64,000 nt of DNA from an uncultured Streptococcus sp. (lineage in GTDB: Bacteria > Bacillota > Bacilli > Lactobacillales > Streptococcaceae), in the NCBI RefSeq assembly GCF_901875575.1, contig NZ_CABFMF010000033.1, positions 35,747-99,746 on the forward strand. The letters are read 5' to 3'. The stretch's first letter is position 1; every line of letters starts with the position of its first letter. A model generated the notes under the pieces. The model was not told the origin of the DNA and did no database searches. It was given only the letters and a program-made list of their open reading frames with translations. The position numbers were made by a program, and so were the translations under genes. Shown here in pieces: positions 8,659 through 18,798 of the stretch.

Positions 8659-8941
8659 TGCTATTGGGAGTAACTGGGAGGATGTCCGATCTGAACTCTT
8701 TACGAAGGAGGAAATACTTGAAAGTGATATGCGAGTAGCTATCATGAGCGAGTTGATTGAAGCCAGACATAAGCAAGGAATCAGCCAGAAAAAGCTAGAA
8801 GAACTGAGTGGAGTAAGCCAGCCTGTCATAGCTAGAATGGAAACAGGAAAGACTAGTCCTCAGTTGGATACAGTCTTGAAAGTTTTAGCCAGTTTAGGAA
8901 AGACACTAGCAGTCGTTCCACTTGAACAGAGAAAGAGTTGA
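8648..8941 (+). CDS. XRE-family HTH antitoxin partner of the Gp49-like toxin
   Basis: [51 protein letters not shown]. Overlaps the toxin ORF end. GTG 8645 or ATG 8648 start. Confidence 0.75.
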   Translation: MKNSAIGSNWEDVRSELFTKEEILESDMRVAIMSELIEARHKQGISQKKLEELSGVSQPVIARMETGKTSPQLDTVLKVLASLGKTLAVVPLEQRKS

Positions 8942-8950
8942 TTAGAGTAG

Positions 8951-9061
8951 ACTCATACTCAATGAAAATCAAAGAGCAAACTAGGAAACTAGCCGCAGGC
9001 TGTACTTGAGTACGGCAAGGCGACGTTGACGCGGTTTGAATTTGATTTTCGAAGAGTATTA
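8951..9061 (+). repeat. BOX element (boxA + boxC, no boxB)
   Basis: actcatactcaatgaaaatcaaagagcaaactaggaaactagccgcagg ... ggcgacgttgacgcggtttgaatttgattttcgaagagtatta matches pneumococcal BOX A and C modules. Confidence 0.85.
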
Positions 9062-9209
9062 TAGTCTTTTCTAATAACAAGTCATAGTCGCTTATAAGAA
9101 TTACTAATAAGGCGTTTAAACCGTCTAACTGAAATATAGTTAAAAAACAAGCTACACAAAGGATTTGAGGCATTTGTCTCAGGTCTTTTTCTTTTGTTTA
9201 AAATAGAGA

Positions 9210-9226
9210 TATAGTTTCAAACTATA
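9210..9226. promoter_or_regulatory. Met-box palindrome TATAGTTTCAAACTATA (MtaR/MetR-type LysR regulator site)
   Basis: Perfect 17-bp palindrome 83 nt upstream of the metE ATG. Matches the streptococcal Met-box consensus TATAGTTtnAAACTATA as I remember it. Confidence 0.65.
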
Positions 9227-9308
9227 TCAAAGCCTAATTTTTTACAATTATACAGATGATTTCTTTTCTGTTAAGATAGTTTCAACAACAAATTTTGGAG
9301 GACACATC

Positions 9309-11558
9309 ATGTCAACTACAATCATCGGTTTCCCTCGTTTGGGCGAATTCCGCGAATTAAAATTTACAACTGAAAAATACTTTAGAAAAGAAATCTCAGA
9401 AGAAGAACTCTTGGCTGCCGCAAAAGACTTGCGTGCTAAACACTGGAACATCGTTAAAGAAAAAGGCATTACTGAAATTCCATCAAATGACTTTTCTCAC
9501 TATGACAACTTCCTAGATGCAGCTTTCCTTTTCAACGTGGTACCTGCTTCCGTTCAAAACTTGGACTTGTCTGATCTTGAGCGCTACTTCGCTTTGGGAC
9601 GTGGTTACCAAGGAGAAAAAGGAGACGTTCGCGCCCTTCCAATGAAGAAATGGTTCAACACTAACTACCACTACATCGTTCCTAAGTTTGAAAAAGAAAC
9701 TCAAGTAAAATTGGCTGGTCACAAAATCTTCGATGAGTTCCAAGAAGCAAAAGAACTTGGATTGAACACTCGCCCAGTTCTTGTAGGTCCATTCACTTTC
9801 CTTCAATTGTCAGATTTTGAAGAAGGTGTGAAAGCAGAAGACTTCGTAGATAGCTTAGTGGCTACTTACCAAGAAGTTTTTGCTAAATTGGCAGAACTTG
9901 GTGCGACTCGCATCCAATTAGATGAAGCTGCTCTTGTAAAAGATTTGACAGCTGAAGAAAAAGCTCTCTTCTTGAATCTCTACAACAAACTCTTGGCTGA
10001 CAAAAAAGGTCTTGAAGTCTTGCTTCAAACTTACTTCGGAGATGTTCGTGACGTTTACGCTGACCTTGTAAACTTGCCAGTAGATGCTATCGGTCTTGAC
10101 TTCGTTGAAGGTAAGAAAACTCTTGAATTGGTTAAAGGTGGTTTCCCAGCTGATAAGACTCTTTATGCAGGTATTGTCAATGGTAAAAACATCTGGCGCA
10201 ACAACTACGAAAAGAGCTTGGCTGTTCTTGAGCAAATTCCAGCTGAAAACATTGTCTTGACAAGCTCATGCTCACTTCTTCATGTGCCATTTACAACAGC
10301 TAATGAAGAATTTGAACCAGCTATCTTGAACCACTTTGCCTTTGCAGTTGAAAAATTAGATGAGATTCGTGATTTGGATGCTATCCGCAATGGTCAAGGT
10401 GAAGAAGCACTTGCAGCCAACAAAGAACTCTTTGCGACTGAGCGTGTTGGTGTTAATGCTGAACTTCGTGCGCGTATCGCTGGTTTGACAGACGCAGACT
10501 ACACTCGTCTGCCAGCCTTTGCAGAACGTGAAGCTATCCAAGAAGAAGCTTTCAAACTTCCAGCTCTTCCAACAACAACTATCGGTTCATTCCCTCAAAC
10601 AAAAGAAGTTCGTGCGAAGCGTTTGGCTTACCGTAAAGGTGAATTGTCTCAAGAAGAGTACGACGCTTTCCTTGCTGAAACGATCGATGAATGGATCAAA
10701 TGGCAAGAAGACATCGACTTTGATGTCCTTGTTCACGGTGAATTTGAGCGTAATGACATGGTTGAGTACTTCGGTCAAAACTTGTCAGGTTACCTCTTCT
10801 CTAAAAATGGTTGGGTACAATCATACGGTATGCGTGGGGTGAAACCGCCAATCATCTGGGGTGATGTCACTCGTCTCAACCCTATCACTGTTAAATGGTC
10901 TAGCTATGCACAAAGTCGTACAAACAAACCTGTTAAAGGTATGTTGACTGGGCCTGTTACCATCCTCAACTGGTCATTCCCACGTGAAGACATCTCTATC
11001 AAGGATTCAACTCTTCAAATCGCCCTTGCTATCAAGGATGAAGTGCTTGACCTTGAAGCTGCTGGTGTGAAAATCATCCAAATCGACGAGGCTGCTCTTC
11101 GTGAAAAATTGCCACTCCGTCGTAGCGACTGGTACGAAGACTACCTTGACTGGGCTATTCCTGCCTTCCGCTTGGTACACTCAACAGTAGCATCAGACAC
11201 ACAAATCCACACTCACATGTGTTACTCAGAATTTACAGATATCATCCCAGCTATCGATAACATGGATGCAGACGTTATTTCCTTTGAAGCTAGCCGTTCA
11301 AACCTTGAAATCTTGGACGAACTCAAAGCGAAAAACTTCCAAACAGAAGTGGGACCTGGGGTTTACGATATCCACTCTCCTCGTGTGCCAAATGAAGGCG
11401 AAATCGACAATACAATCGAAGCCATCCTTGCTAAAGTGCCAAGCAAGAAAGTTTGGATCAACCCTGACTGTGGTTTGAAAACACGTGGTATTCCAGAAAC
11501 AAAAGAAAGCTTGATCCGCCTTGTTGAAGCAGCTAAAGCTGCGCGTGAGAAATTGTAA
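9309..11558 (+). CDS. metE: cobalamin-independent methionine synthase (5-methyltetrahydropteroyltriglutamate-homocysteine S-methyltransferase)
   Basis: 749 aa, with the typical MetE N- and C-terminal halves ([18 protein letters not shown]..., C-terminal HTHMCYSEF zinc-site region). Confidence 0.95.
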   Translation: MSTTIIGFPRLGEFRELKFTTEKYFRKEISEEELLAAAKDLRAKHWNIVKEKGITEIPSNDFSHYDNFLDAAFLFNVVPASVQNLDLSDLERYFALGRGYQGEKGDVRALPMKKWFNTNYHYIVPKFEKETQVKLAGHKIFDEFQEAKELGLNTRPVLVGPFTFLQLSDFEEGVKAEDFVDSLVATYQEVFAKLAELGATRIQLDEAALVKDLTAEEKALFLNLYNKLLADKKGLEVLLQTYFGDVRDVYADLVNLPVDAIGLDFVEGKKTLELVKGGFPADKTLYAGIVNGKNIWRNNYEKSLAVLEQIPAENIVLTSSCSLLHVPFTTANEEFEPAILNHFAFAVEKLDEIRDLDAIRNGQGEEALAANKELFATERVGVNAELRARIAGLTDADYTRLPAFAEREAIQEEAFKLPALPTTTIGSFPQTKEVRAKRLAYRKGELSQEEYDAFLAETIDEWIKWQEDIDFDVLVHGEFERNDMVEYFGQNLSGYLFSKNGWVQSYGMRGVKPPIIWGDVTRLNPITVKWSSYAQSRTNKPVKGMLTGPVTILNWSFPREDISIKDSTLQIALAIKDEVLDLEAAGVKIIQIDEAALREKLPLRRSDWYEDYLDWAIPAFRLVHSTVASDTQIHTHMCYSEFTDIIPAIDNMDADVISFEASRSNLEILDELKAKNFQTEVGPGVYDIHSPRVPNEGEIDNTIEAILAKVPSKKVWINPDCGLKTRGIPETKESLIRLVEAAKAAREKL

Positions 11559-11661
11559 GATAAGGATTTCTCAAGAAGCGCTGTTTGGTCAATCTGCCTG
11601 TTTCACTTGGATTCTAGGAATTCAGCTAACGAAAAAAATCAACTAGAAAAGGATAAGGACT

Positions 11662-12528
11662 ATGTCACGCCAAACACCGTCACTCTCATTTGAAGTGTTC
11701 CCTCCAAACCCAGCCGTGGGTAATGATAAAATTATTTCTGCTCTTCAAGATATGCAGGAGTTGGCTCCCCACTTTATCAGTGTGACTGCCAGCAATAATA
11801 AATTTAATATCAAGGAAACGACGGTTCGTTTGGCTGACTTTATCCAAAATGATTTGGCGATTCCGACCATTGCTCACTTGCCAGCCATCTATTTGACTAA
11901 GAACAAGGTTGCTGAAACTATTGCAGACTTGGACAAGGTTGGGGTGCAGAAAATCTTGGCTCTTCGTGGGGATATTATTCCAGATGTGGAACCACAAAAG
12001 GATTTCCGCTACGCAACTGACTTGATTGAGTTCATCAAGGAACAAGCCCCTCACTTTGATATTGTTGGTGCTTGTTATCCAGAAGGCCATCCAGATTCAC
12101 CAAATCAGATTTCAGATATTCAAAATCTTAAGAAGAAAGTGGATGCAGGTTGTTCGAGCCTTGTAACTCAGCTTTTCTTTGACAATGAGCGCTTCTACGA
12201 TTTCCAAGACAAGTGCATCTTGGCTGGGATTGATGTTCCTATTCATGCAGGGATTATGCCAATTCTGAACCGAAATCAGGCTCTCCGCCTCTTGAAAACT
12301 TGTGAGAATATCCATCTTCCACGCAAATTTAAAGCCATCTTAGACAAGTATGAGCATGACCCTGAGTCGCTCAGAGCAGCAGGACTTGCCTATGCAGTGG
12401 ACCAAATCGTGGACTTGGTAACTCAGGATGTTGCAGGTGTGCATCTCTACACTATGAACAATGCTGAAACAGCAAAATATATCCACCAAGCAACCCATGC
12501 CTTGTTTAATCATCAGTCTTTAGGATAA
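11662..12528 (+). CDS. metF: 5,10-methylenetetrahydrofolate reductase
   Basis: 288 aa. SFEVFPP...LRGD...CYPEGHP motifs. Confidence 0.9.
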   Translation: MSRQTPSLSFEVFPPNPAVGNDKIISALQDMQELAPHFISVTASNNKFNIKETTVRLADFIQNDLAIPTIAHLPAIYLTKNKVAETIADLDKVGVQKILALRGDIIPDVEPQKDFRYATDLIEFIKEQAPHFDIVGACYPEGHPDSPNQISDIQNLKKKVDAGCSSLVTQLFFDNERFYDFQDKCILAGIDVPIHAGIMPILNRNQALRLLKTCENIHLPRKFKAILDKYEHDPESLRAAGLAYAVDQIVDLVTQDVAGVHLYTMNNAETAKYIHQATHALFNHQSLG

Positions 12529-12537
12529 TAAAAAGCA

Positions 12538-12575
12538 AACCATTCTTCTCAAGTGAGGGGAATGGTTCCTTTTTA
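12538..12575 (+). terminator. terminator after metF
   Basis: aaccattc ... gaatggtt stem followed by cctttttaa. Confidence 0.55.
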
Positions 12576-12741
12576 ATGGTAAAGACCGCACTTTTTAAGA
12601 AAAATATGATAAAATAGACTCTGTACGTACTTGATACAAAGATGAGGGTATAAACAGATTTTTAACTATTCAAATCTGCTATAAAAAGGAAAAATACTAA
12701 AGAATAATATTTTTAAACTTTTCAAAGTATCTAATAGTTGA

Positions 12742-12959
12742 ACACGGGCTAAATCCCTAGTGAAAAAGATAGATTTCCTAGTGTGCATCGCACACTGCGT
12801 CAATCTCCTATTTTCATACGGGATTCTTCACGTCCTTAGTATCTTGTGTAACTGAACTCGCCTACAACTCTGTGGAAAAAGATAAATCTGCCTAGGAGCA
12901 GTCGCTCCATCGTCCGATTTCCTATTTTCCTTTGAGTTGCTTAACGGCTTAGTATCTTG
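12742..12959 (+). repeat. two tandem copies of a roughly 105-bp interspersed repeat (SPRITE-like)
   Basis: Unit 1 at about 12742-12846 and unit 2 at about 12850-12959 share ...gtgaaaaagatagatttcctag..cctattttc..cttagtatcttg, and each has an internal palindrome. A third, inverted copy lies at 43035-43148. The family name is from memory of the pneumococcal repeat literature. Confidence 0.55.
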
Positions 12960-13007
12960 ATTTTTGTAGGCAAGACGTATAATATTATCAATCCAAAGGG
13001 GATTAAA

Positions 13008-15221
13008 ATGACAAAACAAGTGTTTCAAACGACTTTTGCGGGTCGTGAGTTAATTGTAGAGACTGGTCAGGTTGCTAAGCAAGCCAATGGCTCTGTTGTC
13101 GTGCGTTACGGTGAGTCAACTGTATTGACTGCTGCCGTTATGTCTAAGAAAATGGCAACTGGGGATTTCTTCCCACTCCAAGTCAACTACGAAGAAAAAA
13201 TGTATGCAGCTGGGAAGTTTCCTGGTGGTTTTATGAAACGTGAAGGACGTCCTTCAACGGATGCGACTTTGACAGCGCGTTTGATTGACCGTCCAATTCG
13301 TCCTATGTTTGCGGAAGGTTTCCGTAATGAAGTACAAGTGATTAACACTGTGCTTTCTTATGATGAAAATGCTTCTGCACCGATGGCAGCTATGTTTGGT
13401 TCATCCGTGGCACTTTCTATCTCGGATATTCCATTCGACGGACCAATCGCTGGGGTGCAAGTGGGCTATGTAGATGGTCAAATCATCATCAATCCAAGTC
13501 AAGAACAAGCAGAGCAATCTCTCCTTGAATTGACAGTAGCAGGTACCAAGCACGCCATCAACATGGTAGAATCTGGTGCCAAAGAATTGTCAGAAGAAAT
13601 CATGTTGGAAGCCCTTCTTAAAGGGCACGAAGCTGTCAAAGAATTGATTGCCTTCCAAGAAGAAATCGTTGCAGCAGTTGGTAAGGAAAAAGCAGAAGTA
13701 GAATTGCTTCATGTGGACGCTGAATTGCAAGCTGAAATCATCGCAGCCTACAACAGCGACCTTCAAAAGGCAGTTCAAGTAGAAGAAAAATTGGCACGTG
13801 AAGCTGCAACACAAGCAGTTAAGGATCAAGTAACTGCTGTTTACGAAGAAAAATATGCAGATCATGAAGAATTTGACCGCATCATGCGTGATGTGGCTGA
13901 AATCTTGGAACAAATGGAACACGCTGAAGTGCGCCGCTTGATTACAGAAGACAAGGTGCGTCCTGACGGTCGTAAGGTCGATGAAATCCGTCCTTTGGAT
14001 GCGGTTGTTGACTTCCTTCCTCGTGTGCACGGCTCTGGTCTCTTCACTCGTGGACAAACTCAGGCTCTTTCAGTCTTGACCTTGGCTCCGATGGGGGAAA
14101 CTCAAATCATCGATGGTTTGGATCCAGAGTACAAGAAACGCTTTATGCATCACTATAACTTCCCTCAATACTCTGTAGGGGAAACTGGTCGTTACGGTGC
14201 GCCAGGTCGTCGTGAGATTGGTCACGGTGCTCTCGGTGAGCGTGCCCTGGCTCAAGTCTTGCCAAGTTTGGAGGAATTCCCATATGCTATCCGTTTGGTA
14301 GCAGAAGTTTTGGAATCAAACGGTTCTTCATCTCAGGCTTCTATCTGTGCGGGAACTCTTGCCCTTATGGCTGGTGGTGTGCCAATCAAGGCGCCAGTAG
14401 CTGGTATTGCTATGGGACTTATCTCAGATGGGAATAACTACACAGTCTTGACAGATATTCAAGGTTTGGAAGACCACTTTGGTGACATGGACTTTAAGGT
14501 TGCAGGTACTCGTGACGGGATTACAGCCCTACAAATGGATATCAAGATCCAAGGGATTACTGCAGAAATCTTGACAGAAGCTCTTGCTCAAGCCAAGAAA
14601 GCGCGTTTTGAAATCCTTGATGTGATTGAAGCAACCATTCCAGAAGTTCGTCCAGAATTGGCTCCAACTGCTCCGAAAATCGATACCATCAAGATTGATG
14701 TGGACAAGATTAAGATTGTTATCGGTAAGGGTGGAGAAACCATCGACAAGATTATCGCTGAAACAGGCGTTAAGATTGATATTGACGAAGAAGGAAATGT
14801 GTCTATCTACTCTAGCGACCAAGATGCTATCAACCGTGCCAAAGAAATCATTGCTGGTTTGGTTCGTGAAGCTAAGGTGGACGAAGTTTATCGTGCTAAA
14901 GTCGTTCGTATCGAGAAATTTGGTGCCTTTGTTAACCTCTTTGATAAGACAGATGCCCTTGTTCATATCTCTGAGATGGCATGGACGCGTACCAATAATG
15001 TCGAAGACTTGGTAGCAATCGGGGATGAAGTTGATGTTAAGGTTATCAAGATTGATGAAAAAGGACGTGTGGATGCTTCTATGAAAGCCCTTCTTCCTCG
15101 TCCTCCAAAACCTGAACGTGATGAAAAAGGTGAAAAATCAGAACGTCCTCACCGACCACGTCATCACAAGGACCACAAACCTAAGAAAGAATTTACAGAA
15201 ACACCAAAAGATTCAGAATAA
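13008..15221 (+). CDS. pnp: polyribonucleotide nucleotidyltransferase (PNPase)
   Basis: Two RNase PH-like domains, then KH and S1 domains. Start moved to ATG 13008 ([15 protein letters not shown]) with RBS AAAGGGG. Confidence 0.95.
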   Translation: MTKQVFQTTFAGRELIVETGQVAKQANGSVVVRYGESTVLTAAVMSKKMATGDFFPLQVNYEEKMYAAGKFPGGFMKREGRPSTDATLTARLIDRPIRPMFAEGFRNEVQVINTVLSYDENASAPMAAMFGSSVALSISDIPFDGPIAGVQVGYVDGQIIINPSQEQAEQSLLELTVAGTKHAINMVESGAKELSEEIMLEALLKGHEAVKELIAFQEEIVAAVGKEKAEVELLHVDAELQAEIIAAYNSDLQKAVQVEEKLAREAATQAVKDQVTAVYEEKYADHEEFDRIMRDVAEILEQMEHAEVRRLITEDKVRPDGRKVDEIRPLDAVVDFLPRVHGSGLFTRGQTQALSVLTLAPMGETQIIDGLDPEYKKRFMHHYNFPQYSVGETGRYGAPGRREIGHGALGERALAQVLPSLEEFPYAIRLVAEVLESNGSSSQASICAGTLALMAGGVPIKAPVAGIAMGLISDGNNYTVLTDIQGLEDHFGDMDFKVAGTRDGITALQMDIKIQGITAEILTEALAQAKKARFEILDVIEATIPEVRPELAPTAPKIDTIKIDVDKIKIVIGKGGETIDKIIAETGVKIDIDEEGNVSIYSSDQDAINRAKEIIAGLVREAKVDEVYRAKVVRIEKFGAFVNLFDKTDALVHISEMAWTRTNNVEDLVAIGDEVDVKVIKIDEKGRVDASMKALLPRPPKPERDEKGEKSERPHRPRHHKDHKPKKEFTETPKDSE

Positions 15222-15236
15222 GAAAAGGAGAAATGT

Positions 15237-15854
15237 ATGGGATGGTGGCGCGAAACCATTGATATCGTAAAAGAAAATGATCCAGCGGCCCGCACCACTT
15301 TGGAGGTTTTGCTGACTTATCCAGGTGTCAAGGCCTTGGCGGCCCACCGTCTCTCACATTTTCTCTGGAAGCACGGCTTCAAACTCCTGGCTCGTATGCA
15401 CAGTCAGTTTTGGCGCTTTTGGACTCAGATTGAGATTCATCCAGGAGCTCAGATTGATTCAGGTGTTTTCATCGACCACGGCTCTGGTCTGGTGATTGGG
15501 GAGACAGCGATTGTTGAAAAAGGTGTTCTCCTTTATCACGGGGTGACTCTTGGTGGGACTGGTAAGGATGTTGGCAAACGCCATCCGACTGTACGAAAGG
15601 GAGCTCTGATATCCGCTCATGCCCAAGTTATCGGTCCAGTGGAAATCGGTGAAAATGCCAAGGTTGGTGCAGCAGCAGTCGTTGTGGCAGACGTACCTAG
15701 TGATGTGACGGTTGTCGGTATTCCAGCCAAGATTGTCCGCCTTCATGGTAAGAAGGATGAGCCTGTTATTCACGAAGTCGAAGAAAAACGAGAGTACTAC
15801 GTTAATAAACTCGAGCAGGCTAAAGAAGCCAGTCACAGATCGTCGGGGCTCTAA
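15237..15854 (+). CDS. cysE: serine O-acetyltransferase
   Basis: 205 aa with hexapeptide-repeat left-handed beta-helix motifs (GVFIDHGSGLVIGETA..., GAAAVVV.DVP). Confidence 0.88.
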   Translation: MGWWRETIDIVKENDPAARTTLEVLLTYPGVKALAAHRLSHFLWKHGFKLLARMHSQFWRFWTQIEIHPGAQIDSGVFIDHGSGLVIGETAIVEKGVLLYHGVTLGGTGKDVGKRHPTVRKGALISAHAQVIGPVEIGENAKVGAAAVVVADVPSDVTVVGIPAKIVRLHGKKDEPVIHEVEEKREYYVNKLEQAKEASHRSSGL

Positions 15855-15922
15855 TTTATGATGATTCTTTTATCTATTAACATTTTTTAAAAGACGATAT
15901 TCGACTGAGTAGGTCGTAAAGC

Positions 15923-15950
15923 AAAAGGGCGACTGTCAGCCCTTTTCTTG
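15923..15950 (+). terminator. terminator after cysE
   Basis: aaaagggc-gactgtca-gccctttt followed by cttg. Confidence 0.6.
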
Positions 15951-16090
15951 CATTTATTTGATTCTTCTTTTACTTTTTAGAAAGGAGCAAGGGATTCCGA
16001 AGTGTAGAGATACTCGGACTGAAATTCAATTGAACTCTTAGTGATGAAACTAATTGTTCTTGGATTTTAGTTTTCCTGACTAATTTGATT

Positions 16091-17434
16091 ATGATTAAAA
16101 TTTACGACACCATGTCTCGTGATTTGCGAGAATTTGTCCCAATAGAGGACGGCAAGGTTAAGATGTATGTTTGTGGGCCAACAGTGTATAACTATATCCA
16201 CGTGGGGAATGCCCGTTCGACGGTGGCTTTTGATACCATTCGTCGCTATTTTGAGTATCGTGGTTATGAGGTTGCCTATATTTCCAATTTTACAGATGTG
16301 GATGATAAGATTATCAACCGTGCCAAGGAAGAAGGTATCACGCCTCAGGAGGTTGCGGACAAGTACATCGCTGCCTTTCGTGAGGATGTGACGGCCTTGG
16401 GTGTCAAACCTGCGACCCGCCATCCTCGTGTGGTGGAGTTTATGGCTGATATCATCCGCTTTGTGGAAGACTTGATTGAAAAAGGCTTTGCCTACGAGAG
16501 TCAAGGGGATGTCTATTTCCGTGTGGAAAAATCCCATAACTATGCCAAGTTAGCCAATAAAACCTTGGAAGATTTGGAGCTAGGTGCTTCAGGTCGTACT
16601 GATGAAGAAACGGCTCGCAAGGAAAATCCTGTGGACTTTGCCCTATGGAAATCTGCCAAACCAGGAGAGATTTCTTGGGATAGTCCTTGGGGTTCTGGTC
16701 GTCCAGGCTGGCATATCGAGTGTTCGGTCATGTCGACAGAGATTTTGGGCGATACCATTGATATTCATGGTGGTGGAGCCGATCTTGAGTTTCCTCACCA
16801 TACCAACGAGATTGCCCAGTCTGAAGCTAAAACAGGCAAGATTTTTGCCAACTACTGGATGCACAATGGCTTTGTCAATATCGATAATGTCAAGATGTCC
16901 AAGTCCTTGGGGAACTTTATCACTGTTCATGATGCCCTCAAAACTCTTGATGGGCAAGTGCTTCGTTTCTTCTTTGCAACACAACACTATCGCAAACCTA
17001 TCAACTTTACGGAAAAGGCAGTGCGGGATGCGGAGACTAATCTCAAGTATCTAAAGAACACTTATGAGCAACCATTTACAGGAAATGTGGACGCCCAAGA
17101 GTTACAAATCTTTAAAGATAAGTTTGTAGCGGCTATGGACGAAGATTTCAACGCTGCCAACGGAATCACAGTAGTCTTTGAAATGGCCAAATGGATCAAC
17201 TCAGGCAACTATGATACAAGTGTTAAGCAAGCTCTTGCAGATATGTTGGAAGTCTTTGGAATTGTCTTTGTTGAGGAAGTTTTGGACGCTGAGATTGAAG
17301 CCTTAATCCAAAAACGCCAAGAAGCGCGTGCCAATCGTGACTTTGCGACAGCAGACCAGATCCGTGACCAATTGGCTGCTCAAGGAATTAAGCTCCTTGA
17401 CACCAAGGATGGAGTGAGGTGGACTCGTGATTGA
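16091..17434 (+). CDS. cysS: cysteine-tRNA ligase
   Basis: Class I HIGH motif (YNYIHVGNARS) and KMSKS (VKMSKSLGN). Start at ATG 16091 (MIKIYDTMSR). Confidence 0.95.
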   Translation: MIKIYDTMSRDLREFVPIEDGKVKMYVCGPTVYNYIHVGNARSTVAFDTIRRYFEYRGYEVAYISNFTDVDDKIINRAKEEGITPQEVADKYIAAFREDVTALGVKPATRHPRVVEFMADIIRFVEDLIEKGFAYESQGDVYFRVEKSHNYAKLANKTLEDLELGASGRTDEETARKENPVDFALWKSAKPGEISWDSPWGSGRPGWHIECSVMSTEILGDTIDIHGGGADLEFPHHTNEIAQSEAKTGKIFANYWMHNGFVNIDNVKMSKSLGNFITVHDALKTLDGQVLRFFFATQHYRKPINFTEKAVRDAETNLKYLKNTYEQPFTGNVDAQELQIFKDKFVAAMDEDFNAANGITVVFEMAKWINSGNYDTSVKQALADMLEVFGIVFVEEVLDAEIEALIQKRQEARANRDFATADQIRDQLAAQGIKLLDTKDGVRWTRD

Positions 17435-17813
17435 TGTCAATCTCATTAACGGGATTGCTCTAGCTTTTGAAGGGGATGCGGTATATTCCATGTATATTCG
17501 CCGTCACCTCATCCTCAAAGGTATGACCAAACCCAATAAACTTCATCAAGAAGCGACCAAGTATGTGTCAGCCAAGGCACAAGCTCGCCTGATTGCCCTC
17601 ATGTTGGAAGAGCAAGTCCTTACGGAAAAAGAGGAAGAAATCTATAAACGTGGTCGTAATACCAATAGTCACACTAAGGCTAAAAATACTGATGTAGTGA
17701 CTTACCGTATGTCCACAGGTTTTGAAGCCGTGATAGGCTATCTCCATATGACTGAAAATCTGGAACGTCTTGAGAGCTTGATTTCATGGTGCATCCAAAA
17801 AGTGGAGGGTTAG
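17427..17813 (+). CDS. mrnC: mini-ribonuclease III
   Basis: 128 aa. ALAFEGDAVYSMYIRRHL motif. GTG start overlapping the cysS stop by 8 nt, the conserved cysS-mrnC arrangement. Confidence 0.85.
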   Translation: MIDVNLINGIALAFEGDAVYSMYIRRHLILKGMTKPNKLHQEATKYVSAKAQARLIALMLEEQVLTEKEEEIYKRGRNTNSHTKAKNTDVVTYRMSTGFEAVIGYLHMTENLERLESLISWCIQKVEG

Positions 17814-17816
17814 GGC

Positions 17817-18686
17817 ATGATTGCAAAAGAACTACAAGACTGGTTTCCTGAGGCTCAGATTTTAGATCAACCAGTAGAGAAAGAAGGCTATCTCACTCTC
17901 CCTTTAGTTTCTCAGCAGTGGATTTTGCTGGAGAAAGCTGGGCTCAGCGAGCGTGAAAAGCAGTTGGTTGCCCTTTTGACCCAGCAGGAGCAAGCTAGTT
18001 CGCTCAATCCTTGGTATTCCTATTTGATTGAGGGCAAGGGACAGGCACCGCAAGCTTTTAAAAAGATTCAGTTGGTTTATTGTCATCTGTCCTATTTTCA
18101 GCAGGAAAATCTAGCTTCTTGGCTAGATATGATGCGGACTCTTTTTCCGAATTGTCAGACGGTGCTTCAGGTTGGAGCTCAGGATTATGTTTTCGTGCTT
18201 CAACAAGATAAATACACCTCTGTACGAGCTATTTTAAGTGATACGATTGAAGCAGTTGAGTATGACTTTGGACTGCGTCTATCTATTATGTTAGGTCAGG
18301 TTTGGTCTCAGACGGGGCATCAAGCCCTATCAGACTTGATCAAAGCAGAGCGGGATTTGTTTAAGACTTGGTGGCGTCAGGGTCACCAAGGTGTTCACAC
18401 TTTTTCACAACTCTATCTTTGGAGTATGGGAGAAAGACTTGTGAACCTGAGAGCAATCAAGGAATGCTTGCACCAGATGATCTTGGATCAAGACCAGATT
18501 CAGGAAATCATTCTCTCTCTTTGGGAAAATAGTGCTGTCCTAACAAAAACAGCCCAGCAACTCTATCTACACCGCAATTCTCTCCAATACAAGATTGATA
18601 AATGGGAAGAATTGACTGGGCTTCAGTTGAAGGAATTGACCGACCTGACTCTGTGTTATCAATTGATTTTACCAGATATTCTCTAA
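17817..18686 (+). CDS. PucR C-terminal HTH domain protein (putative regulator)
   Basis: 289 aa. The C-terminal LHRNSLQYKIDKWEELTGLQLKE resembles the PucR-type HTH. Confidence 0.6.
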   Translation: MIAKELQDWFPEAQILDQPVEKEGYLTLPLVSQQWILLEKAGLSEREKQLVALLTQQEQASSLNPWYSYLIEGKGQAPQAFKKIQLVYCHLSYFQQENLASWLDMMRTLFPNCQTVLQVGAQDYVFVLQQDKYTSVRAILSDTIEAVEYDFGLRLSIMLGQVWSQTGHQALSDLIKAERDLFKTWWRQGHQGVHTFSQLYLWSMGERLVNLRAIKECLHQMILDQDQIQEIILSLWENSAVLTKTAQQLYLHRNSLQYKIDKWEELTGLQLKELTDLTLCYQLILPDIL

Positions 18687-18718
18687 AGTTTTGTGCAAGT
18701 TGCACAGAACTTTTTTGT
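18686..18718 (+). terminator. terminator after the PucR-like gene
   Basis: aagttttgtgcaa / ttgcacagaactt stem followed by ttttttg. Confidence 0.65.
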
Positions 18719-18798
18719 TTTTTTGGTCATCTTGCCATAGAAAAGTTAAGCGTTTTCATTTATAATGAAACTATCAAAATACAAAAGGAGTTCACCTC

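Noticed and set aside
8853-9173. 106-aa minus-strand ORF spanning the BOX element upstream of metE.
   Set aside because: It runs through the BOX repeat and the antitoxin 3' end, with no coding signals.
8942-9308. I looked for a SAM (S-box) riboswitch or Met T-box ahead of metE.
   Set aside because: No conserved riboswitch cores were seen. The region is explained by a BOX element plus a Met-box palindrome.
9248-11478. Several 60-107-aa ORFs on the opposite strand or in alternative frames inside metE (e.g. 9513-9806, 9918-10235, 10519-10842).
   Set aside because: They lie entirely within a well-supported 749-aa MetE frame, have no RBS, and their sequences look low-complexity. They are typical shadow ORFs.
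13590-15015. Antisense or alternative-frame ORFs inside pnp (13590-14057, 14529-14966, 14626-15015).
   Set aside because: They are shadow ORFs of the PNPase frame, with no independent signals.
15855-16090. I looked for a Cys T-box leader upstream of cysS.
   Set aside because: No GGTGG.ACC.CG core or terminator/antiterminator pair is present. I see only the cysE terminator and an unstructured AT-rich spacer.
18740-18765. Possible catabolite-responsive (cre) site upstream of msmK (..agttaagcgttttca..).
   Set aside because: The essential TG at the 5' end of the cre consensus is inverted (GT). It is not a convincing match.
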